From assembly GCA_030390025.1 (NCBI GenBank), contig CM059432.1, positions 46,874,001 through 46,938,000 on the forward strand: a DNA stretch of 64,000 nucleotides, read 5' to 3'. Each line of letters opens with the position of its first letter. Position 1 is the stretch's first letter. The stretch is from Squalus acanthias (taxonomy: Eukaryota). The translations under genes and the position numbers were made by a program. Below, piece by piece: positions 1-13,500 of this stretch. The notes under the pieces were generated by a model, which made no database searches, had not been told where the DNA came from, and was given only the letters and a program-made list of their open reading frames with translations.

Positions 1-161
1 ATCTGACACCGGCTTTCCCTTACTTGGCCAGCAATCCCGCAGGGCGGGCTTAACAAGGCCAATCAGGGGAAAATAGCGTCTGTGCGTCAGACGTCGCTGG
101 GGGCAGGACTAGAAGGCTGCAGTCCAGCCCCCAACTCGTCTCGGTAAGTAAAGTCCAGCCC
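1..161. mobile_element. Right end of a Harbinger-type MITE (runs off the window)
   Basis: Ends in aaagtccagccc (GGGC-type terminus). Shares ggcgggcttaacaaggccaatca with a fragment at about 26540-26732. Confidence 0.55.
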
Positions 162-172
162 TATGACTCTAT

Positions 173-856
173 GGGGTCAAAACTGGGTCGCACCCCCTTT
201 AGGGCGCTAACTACACCGGGGTTAGCGTCCCCTAACCAAAATTCACTGGTAGCGCCCCAAGAGGGAGGCGGGGCACTACTAGAAGCGCCCCGCCTCCCGC
301 TTGTGGCGCTACGATTGAATAACACGGCGCTACGTGCCATAGCGCCATGTGCCGCGGTACTGCAGGCCTACCTCCCCTTATTAAAGGGGAGGGGCCTCGT
401 GCAGCACAACCCGGGGCCCAGCTGGGCCACCAGGGATCAGAGTGCCGGCAAAAGAGCCTGCAGGGGGGCTTCACAGGAGGCCGGGGACGGCAATGGGGGC
501 AGGTGCTGGCAGGTGTCCAGCAACAAAAATGGCGACCCGGCACCTCCCCTTTAATTTGTGCCGCCCCAGCTGCATATACGCCCCCCTGACCATGTCTGAC
601 AGAGCGTCCGGCTGTAAGTCAGAGGGCGCTACTGAAGATCGCGGCTGGTGCGTGAGCAGGGAGCTGCGCACAGCGATGACGTCATCGGCGGAAGCGCAGC
701 GCCGCGGGGCGCTAACAGTTACTGCCGCCGCTACACTCCCGCTGAATTTCGCGGGAGGTGTTAGCGGTGCCGTGCCCGGGCACTAGTTGCTTTGCGCCCC
801 GTTAGCGCCCTCTTAGGACACTAACGGGAGGCGCAAATCAATCAAATTTTTCCCCC
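173..856. mobile_element. Non-autonomous Harbinger element (MITE), family of the 35660-39651 element
   Basis: Termini ggggtcaaaa...aaatttttccccc, flanked by TAT/AAT. The last ~80 bp match the right end of the element at 39575-39650. Sits in a (ctatga)n microsatellite resembling a CR1 tail. Confidence 0.8.
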
Positions 857-876
857 AATGACTCTATGACTATGAT

Positions 877-1917
877 CCTTGTGGAACACCACTACCCACC
901 TTCTACCACTGTGAATAGCTACCTTTTACCCCTACTCTCTGCTTTCTGTCTTGAAGCCAGTTAGCTATCCATTCTGCTATTTGTCCCCTAACTCCACATT
1001 CTCTGACCTTGTTCATTAGTCTATTATGGGGTACCTTATCGAAGGCCTTTTGAAAATCTAGATAAATGGCATCTACTGCATTACCATTGTCTACTCTCTG
1101 TTACCTCTTCAAAAAATTCAAGCAAGACTTTCCCTTTTGAAATCCATGCCGACTATTCATTACTATGTTTTTGGTTTCTAGATGTTCTTCTATTTTCTCA
1201 TTCGTAGAGATTCCATTATTTTTCCTACCACCAATGTTAAGCTGACTGGTCTATAATTCCCTGGACATGTTCTATCCCCCCTTCTTAAATATATGATGTG
1301 GAGATGCCGGTGTTGGACTGGGGTGGACAAATGTGAGAAGTCGCACAACACCAGGTTATAGTCCAACAGCTTTATTTAAAATCACAAGCTTTCGGAGCGC
1401 TGCTCCTTCATCAGGAGCAGCGCTCCGAAAGCTTGTGATTTCAAATAAAGCTGTTGGACTATAACCTGGTGTTATGCGACTTCTCACATTTCTTAAATAT
1501 AGGTATTACGTTAGCTATCCGCCAGGCCTCTGGCACTACACCTTTTTCTAACGAATTAGTAAATATGCGTAGTAATGCCTCTGCTATCTCTTCCCTAGAT
1601 TCTTTTAAAATGTGTGGATGCAATCCATCCGGACCGGGGTTTTATCGTCTTTGAGTTTGATTAGTTTATTTAATACATCCCCTCTTTTTATTTTAAATGC
1701 ACTTATCTCATTACTAATGTCATGATCTCATGTCATGTCCACCTGTTCTATCTCCTGGTAAATACTGAAGCAAAATAATTATTCAATATTCCTGCCATCT
1801 CTCTGTTGTTACCTGTGGTATTATCCTGTCTATCCCTTAATGGCCCTATTCTCATCCTAACCTTCCTTTTTTTATTGATGTGCCTGTAAAATATTTTACT
1901 ATTTTGTTTTATATTTT
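877..1917 (-). mobile_element. Degraded CR1 LINE ORF2 (RT region) fragment, interrupted at 1294-1489
   Basis: ORF 1748-1987 (KIFYRHINKKRK...LNNYFASVFT); minus-strand codons for FQKAFDKVPH near 1030-1050. Confidence 0.85.
1294..1489. mobile_element. Penelope-family (B) 3'-end fold-back insertion containing a hammerhead motif
   Basis: About 80-bp inverted arms around a tcatc loop; 12-bp TSD ttcttaaatata (1282-1293 and 1490-1501); same terminus as the GIY-YIG element at 32018-32800. Confidence 0.85.
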
Positions 1918-2232
1918 GATGGGTCCAGTATGAGCACATAGCTGCACCTTCAAGAGGGGGTCTTATACAAAACTGCATGTAAATCATGCCTCATTAACAA
2001 CTCTCTCGTCCGTATCGTATTTTTTTTAACTTTTGCTTGTCAGTGATCAGTTGAAGGCTTCCCCATTTTATTTCAGTGCTGAGGCAGTAGAACCAATGAT
2101 TTAAACATACAGAAGCAGGCTCTCATTATTGCATCACTTGAATTTATTTATGGACCACTTTTGAGGGTATAACTCTGCTAGCCATAATTTTTGATACATC
2201 TGGGAGCTCAAGGAGAGCAGAATGGGAGTCTT

Positions 2233-4482
2233 ACATAGAACATAGAACAGTACAGCACAGTACAGGCCCTTCAGCCCTCGATGTTGTGCCGAGCATTGTC
2301 CGAAACCAAGATCAAGCTATCCCACTCCCTATCATTCTGGTGTGCTCCATGTGCTTATCCAATAACCGCTTGAAAGTTCCTAAAGTGTCCGACTCCACTA
2401 TCACAGCAGGCAGTCCATTCCACACCCCAACTACTCTCTGAGTAAAGAATCTACCTCGGACATCCCTTCTATATCTCCCCCCATGCACCTTATAGTTATG
2501 CCCCCTTGTAACAGCTACATCCACCCGAGGAAATAGTCTCTGAACATCCACTCTATCTATCCCCCTCATCATCTTATAAATCTCTATTAAGTCGCCTCTC
2601 ATCCTCCTCCGCTCTAAAGAGAAAAGCCCTAGCTCCCTCAATCTTTCCTCATAAGACCTCCCCCCCAAACCAGGCAGCATCCTGGTAAATCTCCTTTGCA
2701 CTCTTTCCAATGCTTCCACGTCCTTCCTATAGTGAGGTGACCAGAACTGCACACAATATTCCAAATGTGGTCTCACCAAGGTCCTGTACAGTTGCAGCAT
2801 AACCTCACGGTTCTTAAACTCAAACCCCTTGTTAATAAACGCTAACACACTATAGGCCTTCTTTACTGCTCTATCCACTTGAGTGGCAACCTTCAGAGAT
2901 CTGTGGATATGAACCCCCAGATCCCTCTGTTCCTCCACGTTCCTCAGAACCCTGCAGTTGACCCTGTAATTCTTATTCAAATTTGCCCTTCCAAAATGAA
3001 TCACCTCACACTTATCAGGGTTAAATTCCATCTGCCATTTTTCGGCCCAGCTCTGCATCCTATCAATGTCTCTTTGCAGCCTACAACAGCCCTCCACCTC
3101 ATCCACTACTCCACCAATCTTGGTGTCATCAGCAAATTTACTGATCCACCCTTCAGTCCCCTCCTCCAAGTCATTGATAAAAATCACAAACAGCAGAGGA
3201 CCCAGCACCGACCCCTGTGGCACACCGCTGGTAACTGGTCTCCAGTCCGAAAATGTTCCATCCACCACCACCCTCTGCCTTCTATGAGATAGCCAGTTAC
3301 TTATCCAATCGGCCAAATTTCCCTCTATCCCACAACTCCTTACTTTCTTCATGAGCCGACCATGGGGAACCTTATCAAACGCCTTACTAAAATCCATGTA
3401 TACGACATCAACTGCTCTACCTTCATCTACACACTTAGTTACCTCCTCAAAGAATTCAATCAAATTTGTTAGGCAAGACTTACCCTTCACGAATCCGTGC
3501 TGACTATCCCGGATTAAGTTGCATCTTTCCAAATGGTCATAAATCCTATCCCTCAGGACCTTTTCCATTATCTTACCAACCACCGAAGTAAAACTACCCG
3601 GCCTATAATTACCAGGGTCATTCCTATTTCCTTTCTTGAAGAGAGGAACAACATTCGCCACTCTCCAGTCCTCTGGCACCATCCCCGTGGACAGTGAGGA
3701 CCCAAAGATCAAAGCCAGAGGCTCTGCAATCTCCTCCCTTGCCTCCCAAAGAATCCTAGGATATATCCCATCTGGCCCAGGGGACTTATCGACCCTCAGG
3801 TTCTTCAAAATTGCTAAAACATCTTCCCTCAGAACATCTACCTCCTCCAGCCTATCCACCTTTATCACACTCTCATCCTCAAGAACATGGCCCCTCTCCT
3901 CGGTGAACACTGACGAAAAGTATTCATTCATCACCTCTCCTATCTCTTCTGACTCCATGCACAAGTTCCCACTACTGTCCTTGACCGGCCCTACCCTCAC
4001 CCTGGTCATTCTTTTATTTCTCACATAAGAGCAAAAAGCCTTGGGGTTTTCCTTGATCCGACCCGCCAAGGACTTCTCATGCCCCCTCCTAGCTCTCCTA
4101 AGCTCTTTTTTTAGCTCATTCCTTGCTACCTTGTACCCCTCAATCGACCCAACTGAACCTTGTTCTCTCATCCTTACATACGCTTCCTTTTTCCTCTTGA
4201 CTAGACATTCAACCTCTTTTGTGAACCATGGTTCTCTCACTCGGCCATTTCCTCCCTGCCTGACAGGGACATACCTATCAAGGACACGCAGTAATTGCTC
4301 CATGAAAAAGCTCCACTTTTCGTTTGTGCCTTTCCCTGATAGTTTCTGTTCCCATCTTATGCTCCCTAATTCTTGCCTAATCGCATCATAATTACCCCTC
4401 CCCCAATTATAAACCCTGCCCTGCCGTATGGCCCTATCCCGCTCCATTGCAATAGTGAAAGTCACCGAATTGTGGTCACTAT
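2233..4482 (-). mobile_element. Young 5'-truncated CR1 LINE
   Basis: (catagaa)n tail at 2233-2250 and an uninterrupted RT ORF. Confidence 0.95.
2312..4482 (-). CDS. CR1 ORF2 reverse transcriptase, open frame, N-terminally truncated (lacks most of the APE endonuclease)
   Basis: Motifs KSPGPDG, DFSKAFDKVPH, GVPQGSVLGPLLF, SKFADD, RPHLEYC in the 729-aa ORF. Confidence 0.9.
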
Positions 4483-7220
4483 CTTGTCGGCCTATCCACA
4501 TATTGTGTCAGGAAACCCTCCTGCACACACTGTGCAAAAACTATCCCATCCGAACTTCTTTGGGATACCCCTATACATATATGCTGGGCCAGATTTTGCT
4601 GGAATGGAGCATCTCGCAGCATGCCCTGTTAGTTGGACTTGTTCGTGCACATTTAGGTTTTAAAATGTTTTGCCCACAAAGTTGCTGAAAGTGCGAGCTG
4701 ATAGCAGCACAGCGAGGGCAACATGGCATTGGGACCTTGGTGAACAACGGGACAAACAGTGTACCTCCTTAACCAATGAGATTTAAGGATTGAGAAATAA
4801 ACAGAGGAAGGACTGAGAAGAATGGTGAATTTAATGCCAAATCAGGCACAGAAAGAGAAATAAAGAAAGGGATAGAAAGATTGGATTAAGAAAGAGAACA
4901 AAGAGACAGAAAGGAAACGCAAGAAAAAAAATTAAAATTTGACATTTATAAAATCTCCTAAAACAATTCACAACCTGAAGAAATGAAACTCCACACTTAT
5001 AATTGTTCACTTTCTGGGCAAGAGGGATTGATTGGCATAGAGACAGAAAATGCTGGAAATACTCAGCAGTCAGGGAGCATCTGTGAAGAGTAAAACCGTT
5101 AACGTTTCAGGTCGAAGTCCTTTCGTCAGAACTGACAGAGGTTGGAGATGTAACAGGTTTTAAGTATGTAGAGGTGGAGGGAGGGAAGAGGAGGAAAGAA
5201 CAAAAATGAATGTCTGTGATAGGGTGGAAGGCAGGAGTGATTAAATGATGATGATGCAAGGCAAAATGAGGTGGTAATGGGACAAGTAAGGAAACAAAAG
5301 ATGGGTCTAGAAGAGCTGTAAATGGCAACACCGCACATGCTGCCCGAAAAAATGGGAGCAGTGGTTAGGATCTGAAATTGTTTAACGCAATGTCGAGTCC
5401 AGAAGGCTATAAAGTGCCTAATTAAAAAATGAAGTGCTGTTCCTCAAGCTTCCATTGAGCTTTATTAGAACAGTGTAGGAGGCCAAAGACAGAGAGGTCA
5501 AAGTGGGAGTGGGACGGAGAATTAAAATGGCAAGTGACCGTAAGGTCATGGTCAGGCTTGCAGACTGAACAGAGATGTTCAGCAAAGCGATCACCTAATC
5601 TGCGTTTGAACTCCCCAATGTAGAGGAGACCACATCATGAGCAGCGAATACAGTATACTAAATTGAAAGAAGTACAAGTAAATCGCTGTTTCACCGAGAA
5701 GGACGGTGGGAAGGAAGGAGGTGAAAGGGCAGGTGTTGCATCTCCTGCGCTTGCATGTGAAGGTGCCGTGGAAAGGGGAGAGGGTGTTGGGGGTGATACA
5801 AGAGTGGACCAGTGTGTCGCGGAGGGAACAGTCCCTTCGGAACGCTGAAGGGGGGGGGGGGGAGGGGAAGATGTGTTTGGTAGTGGCATCGCGCTGGAAG
5901 TGGCAGAAATGGTGGGGGATGATCCGTTGAATGTGCAGGCTGATGGGGTGGAAGGTGAGGACAAGAGGGACCCTATCATGATTCTGGGATCGAGAGCAAG
6001 GGGCGAAAGCAGAAGTGTGGGAAATGGGACAGACACGGTCAAGGGCCCTGTCAACCACGGTGGAGGAGAATTCTCGGTTGAGGAAAAAGAAAGACATATC
6101 GGTAGCACTGGTATGAAGGTGGCATCATCAGAACAAATGCAATGAAGACAGAGAAACTGGGAGAATGGAATAAAGTCCTTACAGGAAGCGGGGTTGGAGG
6201 AAGTGTAATCACTTAAGCTGTGGGAGTAGGTGAGCTTATAGTAGATGCTAGCGACAGCCTATCCCCAGAAATGGAGATAGAGAAGTCGAAGAAGGGAAGG
6301 GAAGAATCGGAGATGGACCATGCAAAGGCGAGGGAAGGGTGAAAATTGGAAGCAAAGTTGATGAAATTTTCCAGTTCGAGGCGAGAGCAGGAAGCGGCAC
6401 TAATACAGTCATTAATGTATCGGAAAAAGTGGTGAGGGAGGGGACCGTGTAGGGCTGGAACAAAGAATGTTCCACATATCCTACAAAAAGGCAGGCCTAG
6501 TTCGGACCCAAATGGGTTCCCATAGCAACACCTTTTATTTGGAGGAAGTGAGTGGAGTCAAAGGAAAAGTTGTTCAATGCAAGAACTAGTTCAGCCAGGC
6601 AGAGGAGGGTGGTGGGGGATGGGGGCTTGTTAGGCCTCAGTTCAAGGAAGAAGTGGAGGGACCACAGGCTGTCCTGGTGGGGGATGGAGGTGTAGAGGGA
6701 CTGGACCTCCACTGTGAAAAGGAGATGGTTAGGGGCAGGAAACTGGAAACTGTTAAAGTGTCGGAGGGCGTCGGAGGAGTCACGGATGTAGGTCAGAAGA
6801 GACTGGACAAGGGGAGAAAAAAATAGAGTTGAGATAGGAATAAGTTCCATGAGGCAAGAACAGGCTGAAATGATGGATCTTCTTGGGCAGTCCTGTTTGT
6901 GGATCTTTGGAAGGAGATAGAAGCGGGCTGTGTGGGGTTAGGGGACTATGAGGTTGGAGGCCGTTGGGTAAAATCTCAAGAGCAGATGAGGTCAGTGACG
7001 GTCTGGGAAATGATGGCTTCATGTTCGGTTGTGGGACATGGTCCACGGGGAGGTGTTGTTCAGCCTCCGCAAGGTAGAGGTCCGTTCGCCAAACAACAAC
7101 CGTGCCACCCTAGTCAGTAGGTTTAATGACAATGTCAGGGTTGGACCTGAGAGAACGGAGCGCTGCAAGTTCAGAGGGAGATAGGGTAGAGTGAGTGAGA
7201 CAAGTAGAGGAATTGAGAGC

Positions 7221-8108
7221 ATCATGATCCCGAGCAACCACATCTGCAGTAAGTTTCTGCAACTCAAGGAACTTCGGTTCAGAGTTGTTGAGCTGGAGTC
7301 CAAGCTGCAGACACTGTGATGCATCAGGGAGCGGGAGAGTTACCTGGACACTTTGTTCCAGGAGGCAGTCACACCTTTTAGGTTAAGTAGTACTTTAGAG
7401 CTCGTCAGTGGTCAGGGACAGGAGGGTGTGACTGTGAGTCAGGCAGGTATGGGGACCCAGGATGTAGTGATGGAGGAGCCTCAGCCCTTGACCTTGTCCA
7501 ACAGGTACGAGGTACTTGCTACCTGTATGGATGAAGAAAAGGACTGCAGGGAGGATGGGCAAACTGACCACGGCACCGTGGTACAGGGGGCCATCCAAGT
7601 GGGGGGAGAAGGAAGGAATGTGGTAGTGGTAGGGGACCGTATAGTCAGATACAGAGATACTGTTCTCTGCAGCCGCGAAAGAGAATCCCGAAGGCTGTGT
7701 TGCCTGCCCAGTGCCAGGGTTAAGGATATCTCCTCGCGGCTGGAGAAGAACTTGGATTGGGAGGGGGAGGATCCAGTTCTCGTGGTCCATGTAGGAACCA
7801 AGGACATAAGTAGAACTAAGAATGAGGTTCTGCTGAGGGAGTTTGAGGAACTAGGGTCTAAATTAATAAGCAGAACCTCAAGGGTAATAATCTCAAGGGT
7901 TACTACCTGAGCCATGCACAAATTGGCATAGGGTCAAGCAGATCAGAGAGTTAAATGCGTGGCTCAGCGAGTGCTGTGGGAAGAAGGGGTTTCAATTCAT
8001 GGGGCACTGGCACCAGTACTGGAGAAAGAGGGAGCTGTTCCGTCGGGACTGGCTCCACTTAAACTGGTGAATCAAATAACTAGAGCTGTAGATAGGGCTT
8101 TAAACTAA
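7221..8108 (+). pseudogene. CR1 ORF1 remnant with SGNH-esterase-like domain
   Basis: NRYEVL, VVVVGD, LCCLPSARVKDI, VVHVGTKDI blocks typical of CR1 ORF1 esterase; contains frameshifts. Confidence 0.8.
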
Positions 8109-10528
8109 AAAAAGTGCGGGGGGGGGGGGTCAGGTGAGGGGAAATTTAGAAACCTAAAGAGAAAGGTCAAGGCAATAGAGCAGTGTAGCGATTTGGGTAA
8201 AAATAAGCAGAGTGTGACAGGAAGGGACAGAGAATTTAACGGTAGCAGTGCAGCAGAGAATAAGGTCAAAGCAGGGAATAATGGTAAAAAAATTAAATTA
8301 AAGGCTCTTTATCTGAATGCACGAAGCATTCGGAACAAGATAGACGAACTAGTGGCACAAATAGAGATAAATGGGTTTGATCTAATAGCCATTACAGAGA
8401 CGTGGTTGCAAGGTGATCAAGGTTGGGAACTAAATGTTCCAGGGTACTTGACGTTTCAAAAAGTCAGGCAGAATGGAAAAGGAGGGGGGTAGCCCTGATA
8501 ATAAAGGATGACATAAGGACAGGAGAGAGAAAGGATCTCGGCTCGGAAGATCAGGAAGTAGAATCAGTATGGGTGGAGATAAGGAATAACAAGGGGCAGA
8601 AAACACTGGTGGGAGTAGTATATAGGCCCCCTAACAGTAGCTATACTGTTGGACAGAGTATTAATCAAGAAATAGTAGGAGCTTGTAACAAAGGTAATGC
8701 AATAATCGTGGGGGACTTTAATCTTCATATAGACTGGACAAATCAAAGTGACAAAGGTAGTCTGGAGGACGAGTTCATGGAATGCATTTCCTGGAACAAT
8801 ACATCATGGAACCAACCAGGGAACAGGCTATTTTAGATCTTGCATTGTGAAATGAGACAGGGTTAATTAGCAATCTCATAGTAAAGGATCCTCTGGGGCA
8901 GAGTGATCATAATGTCACATTAAGTTTGAGAGTGACTTGCCTAAGTCCGAAACTAGAGTCTTAAACTTAAATAAAACCAATTACATAGGTATGAGGGGCG
9001 AGTTGGCTAAGGTAGATTGGAAAAATAGATTAAAAGGTATGGTGGTAGATAAGCAGTGGCTAGCATTTAAATAAATATTTCATAATTCTCAACAAAAGTA
9101 CATTCCATTGAGAAACAAAAACTCCACGGAAAAGTGATCCATCCGTGGCTAACTAAAGAAGTTAAGGATAGCATTAGATTGAAAGAAGAAGCTTATAATG
9201 TTGTGTAGAATAGTAGTAAGCCTGAGGATTGGGAGTTTCAGAAACCAGCAAAGGATGACCAACAAAATTGATAAAAAGGGAAAAAAATCGAATGAGAGAA
9301 AACTAGCAAGAAATATAAAAACAGATTGTAAGAGCTTCTACAAGTATGTAAAAAGGAAGAGAGTAGCAAAAGTAAGCGTTGGTCCCTTAGAGGCTGAGAC
9401 AGGAGAAATTATTATGGAGAATAAGGAAATGGTAGAAACGTTAAACAAATGTTTTGTATCTGTCTTCACAGTAAAAGACACAAAAAGCATACCAAAAATG
9501 GTGGTGAACCAAGGGTTTAATGAGGGTGAGGAACTTAACATAATTAATATAAGTAGAGAAAAAGTACAATAGAAACTAATGGGACTAAAAGCGAACAAAT
9601 CCCCTGGACCTAACGGCCTACATCGTAGGGTTCTAAAAGAGGTGGCTGCAGAGATAGGGGATGCATTGGTTTTGATCTTCCAAAATTCCCTAGAATCTAG
9701 AACAGTCCCAGCGGATTGGAAGGTAGCAAATGTAACACCGCTATTCAAGAAAGGATGGAGAGAGAAAACAGGAAACTACAGGCCAGTTAGCCTGACATCA
9801 GTCGTCAGGAAAATGCTGGAATCCATTGCTAAAGAAGTGGTATCAGGGTACTTAGAAAATCATAACATGATTAGGCAGAGTCAACATGGTTTTATGAAAG
9901 GGAAATCGTTTTTAACAAATTTATTAGAGTTTTTTGAGGATGTAACTAGCGGGGTAGATAAAGGAGCACCAGTGGATGTAGTATATTTGGATTTCCAAAA
10001 GGCATTCGATAAGGTGCCACATAAAAGGTTATTATACAAGATTAGGGCTCATGGGGTTGGGGGTAATATAGTAACATGGATAGAGGATTGGTTAACGGAA
10101 AGAAAACAGAGTAGGGATAAACGGGTCTTTTTCAGGTTGGCAGGCTGTAACTAGTGGGGTGCCACGAGGATCAGTGCTGGGGCCTCAGCTATTTACAATC
10201 TATATTAATGACCTAGATGAAGGGACCGAGTGTAAGGTATCCAAGTTTGCTGATGATACAAAGCTAGGTGCGACTGTAAGCTGTGAGGAGAGCTCAAAGG
10301 GCTTGATTTTAATTCCCAAGGCGGGTTGGAGCCGGGTTGCATCATGGGCGGGTTCGGGAGCCCCTTCCGGCAGGAACAGCTGCAGAGTTGCAATTTTATT
10401 AAACTAGCTTGTTAATTTCAAGGAGGGACGCTGGCCAGTCCAATGAGTGGGATCGGGTCAGCTGGCCGCCTCTGATGACGTGATAATAGCAGCAGACCAA
10501 GGCAGCCTGGCTGCGCTTTGCTCAGGAG

Positions 10529-13500
10529 GTGCGAGCAAGGCCCATTTATACACGGTCATGGATCCAGTGCCGCAGAAGGTTTAATGATCTTGTGAGAACA
10601 TCAAAAGTGAGTATCCCATCTCACTTGCCTTCACTCTGCTTCCCTTCTCTTCTCATCACCAGCACTCTGCGTTGTAGGCCTCCTCCATCACATGCCACCT
10701 TACTCTTACTTCCCTTGCACCCTTTCCTAGCCATCTCTGTCTCTGCACTGAATCACTTCAGCATCCTGCCTATGCACCCCTTAGACTCGCTCTCACTGCC
10801 ATGCAGTGACAACAACTAACAACGCACAGGGCGCTACCTCCCTCTTAGCACCTTACCCCATCTTCGTCTCACTCAAAGCTTCTATGGTAGGGATTATTCA
10901 CACTCACTCCATCACTGTGGCTGAAACACCGCTTGTGTCCCTCCTTGCAGGAAAAGATAGCCCACAGAAAGAGGGAGAGAGCAATGACTGGAGGAGGAAC
11001 GCCTACCCTTGCAACATTGACCACTGCTGAGGAGGCTGCAAACGAGATTGTTGGAGGTGGCGAGGACCTGGAAGTGGGTGATGGAGAGGCAGGCACACTA
11101 GAGGAAGCTGGTGACATAATAGAGTTTCATCCTTCTCAGAAGGCAATGGAATATGATTTCATAGAGAATCACTTTGTATCATCTGCTCAAAGGGATGTGC
11201 CTGCTACATCAATATCAGATGTCTAATTCAAGCCTTTTGTCTCCCACAGGACCATCGAGCTCCCCCCTCCCCACGATCCAGGATGAAGACCTGGACATCT
11301 CCTCAGAGGAACCTGACGCCTCTGAGGGCCCAGCATCACCAGGACTCCGCGCACCCAGCACCAGCGCAGCAACACACACCTCGGTGAGGCCATTGCGAGT
11401 TAGAGAACTTAGAAACATAGAAACATAGAAAATAGGTACAGGAGTAGACCATTCGGTCCTTCGAGCCTGCACCGCCATTCAATGCGTTCATGGCTGAACA
11501 TGCTACCTCAGTACCCCATTCCTGCTTTCTCGCCATACCCCTTGATCCCCTTAGTTGTGAGTGTTATATCTAACTCCCTTTTGAATATATTTAGCGAACT
11601 GGCCTCAACAACCTTCTGTGGAAGAGAATTCCATAGATTCACCACTCTCTGGGTGAAGAAGTTCCTCCTCAGCTCAGTCCTAAATGGCTTCCCCTTAATC
11701 CTTAGACTGTGACCCCTGGTTCTAGTTTTCCCTACCATTGGGAACATTCTGCCCGCATCTAATTTGTCTAAACCAGTCAGGATTTTAAATGTCTCTATAA
11801 GATCCCCCCTCATTCTTCTGAACTCCAGAGGATACAAGTTCAGTTGACCCAATCTTTCTTGATATGTCAGTCCGGCCATCCCAGGAATCAATCTAGTGAA
11901 CCTTCGCTGCACTCCCTCAATAGCAAGAATGTCCTTCCTTAAGTTAGGAGACCAAAACTGCGCACAATACTCCAGGTGTGGCCTCACCAAGGCCCTGTAC
12001 AACTGTAGCATCACCTCCCTACTCCTGTACTCAAATCCCCTTGCTATGAAGGCCATCATTCCGTTTGCTTTCTTGACTGCCTGCTGCACTTGCATTCCCA
12101 CCTTCAGTGACTGATGTACCATGACGCCTAGGTCTCGTTGCACGTCCCCTTTCCCTAATCTGCCACCATTCAGGTAATAGTCCGCCTCTCTATTTTTACC
12201 ACCAAAGTGGATAACCTCACATTTATCCACATTGTACTTCATCTGCCATACATTTGCCCATTCACCCAACCTGTCCAAGTCACTCTGTAGCCTCCTAGCA
12301 TCCTCCTCATTGTTCACACTGCCTCCCAATTTGGTGTCATCCGCAAATTTGGAGATATTACATTTAATCCCTTCGTCCAAATCATTAATATATAATGTAA
12401 ACAGCTGGGGTCCCAGCACCGAACCCTGCGGTACCCCGCTGGTCACTGCCTGCCATTCTGAAAAGTACCCATTTACTCCTACTCTTTGTTTCCTGTGTGC
12501 CAACCAGTTCTCAATCCACGTCAACACATTACCCCCAATCCCATGTGCTTTAACTTTGCTCACCAATCTCTTGTGTGGGACCTTGTCGAAGGCCTTCTGA
12601 AAGTCCAAATACACCACATCTACTGGTTCCCCCCCTGTCCACCCTATTGGAAACATCCTCAAAAAATTCCAGAAGATTTGTCAAGCATGATTTCCCTTTC
12701 ACAAATCCATGCTGACTTGGACCTATCATGTCGCCACTTTCCAAATGGTCTGTTATGACATCTTTAATAATTGCTTCCATCATTTTACCCACGACCGATG
12801 TCAGGCTGACCGGTCTATAATTCCCTGCTTTCTCCCTCCCTCCTTTTTTAAAAAGAGGGGTTACATTGGCCACCCTCCACTCCATCGGAACTGATCCAGA
12901 GTCTAAGGAATGTTGCAAAATGATCGTCAATGCATCCACTATTTCCAAGGCCACCTCCTTAAGTACTCTGGGATGCAGACCATCAGGCCCCGGGGATTTT
13001 TCAGCCTTCAGTCCCATCAATTTCCCCAATACCTTTTCCCGACTAATAAGGATTTCCCTCAGCTCCTCCCTCTTACCAGATCCTCTGACCCCTTTTATTT
13101 CCGGCAGGTTGTGTGTGTCCTCCACAGTAAACACCGAACCAAAGTACTTGTTCAATTGATCTGCCATTTCCTTGTTCCCAATTACGACTTCCCCTGTTTC
13201 CGACTGCAGGGGACCTACGTTTGTTTTTACTAACCTCTTTCTTTTTACATATTTATAGAAGCTTTTGCAGTCCATTTTAATGTTCTCTGCAAGCTTCCTT
13301 TCATATTTTATTTTCCCTGCCCTAATCAAACCCTTCGTCCTCCTCTGCTGAGTTTTGAAGTTCCCGGGTTTGCTGCTACTTCTGGCCAATTTGTATGCAA
13401 CTTCCTTGGTTTTAATACTATCCCTGATTTCCCTTGTTAGCCATGGTTGAGCCACCTTCCCTTTTTTATTTTTACGCCAGACCGGGATGTACAATTGTTG

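Noticed and set aside
171..786. GC-rich overlapping ORFs or CpG island
   Set aside because: They lie inside a TIR-bounded MITE with a paralog at 16154-16846.
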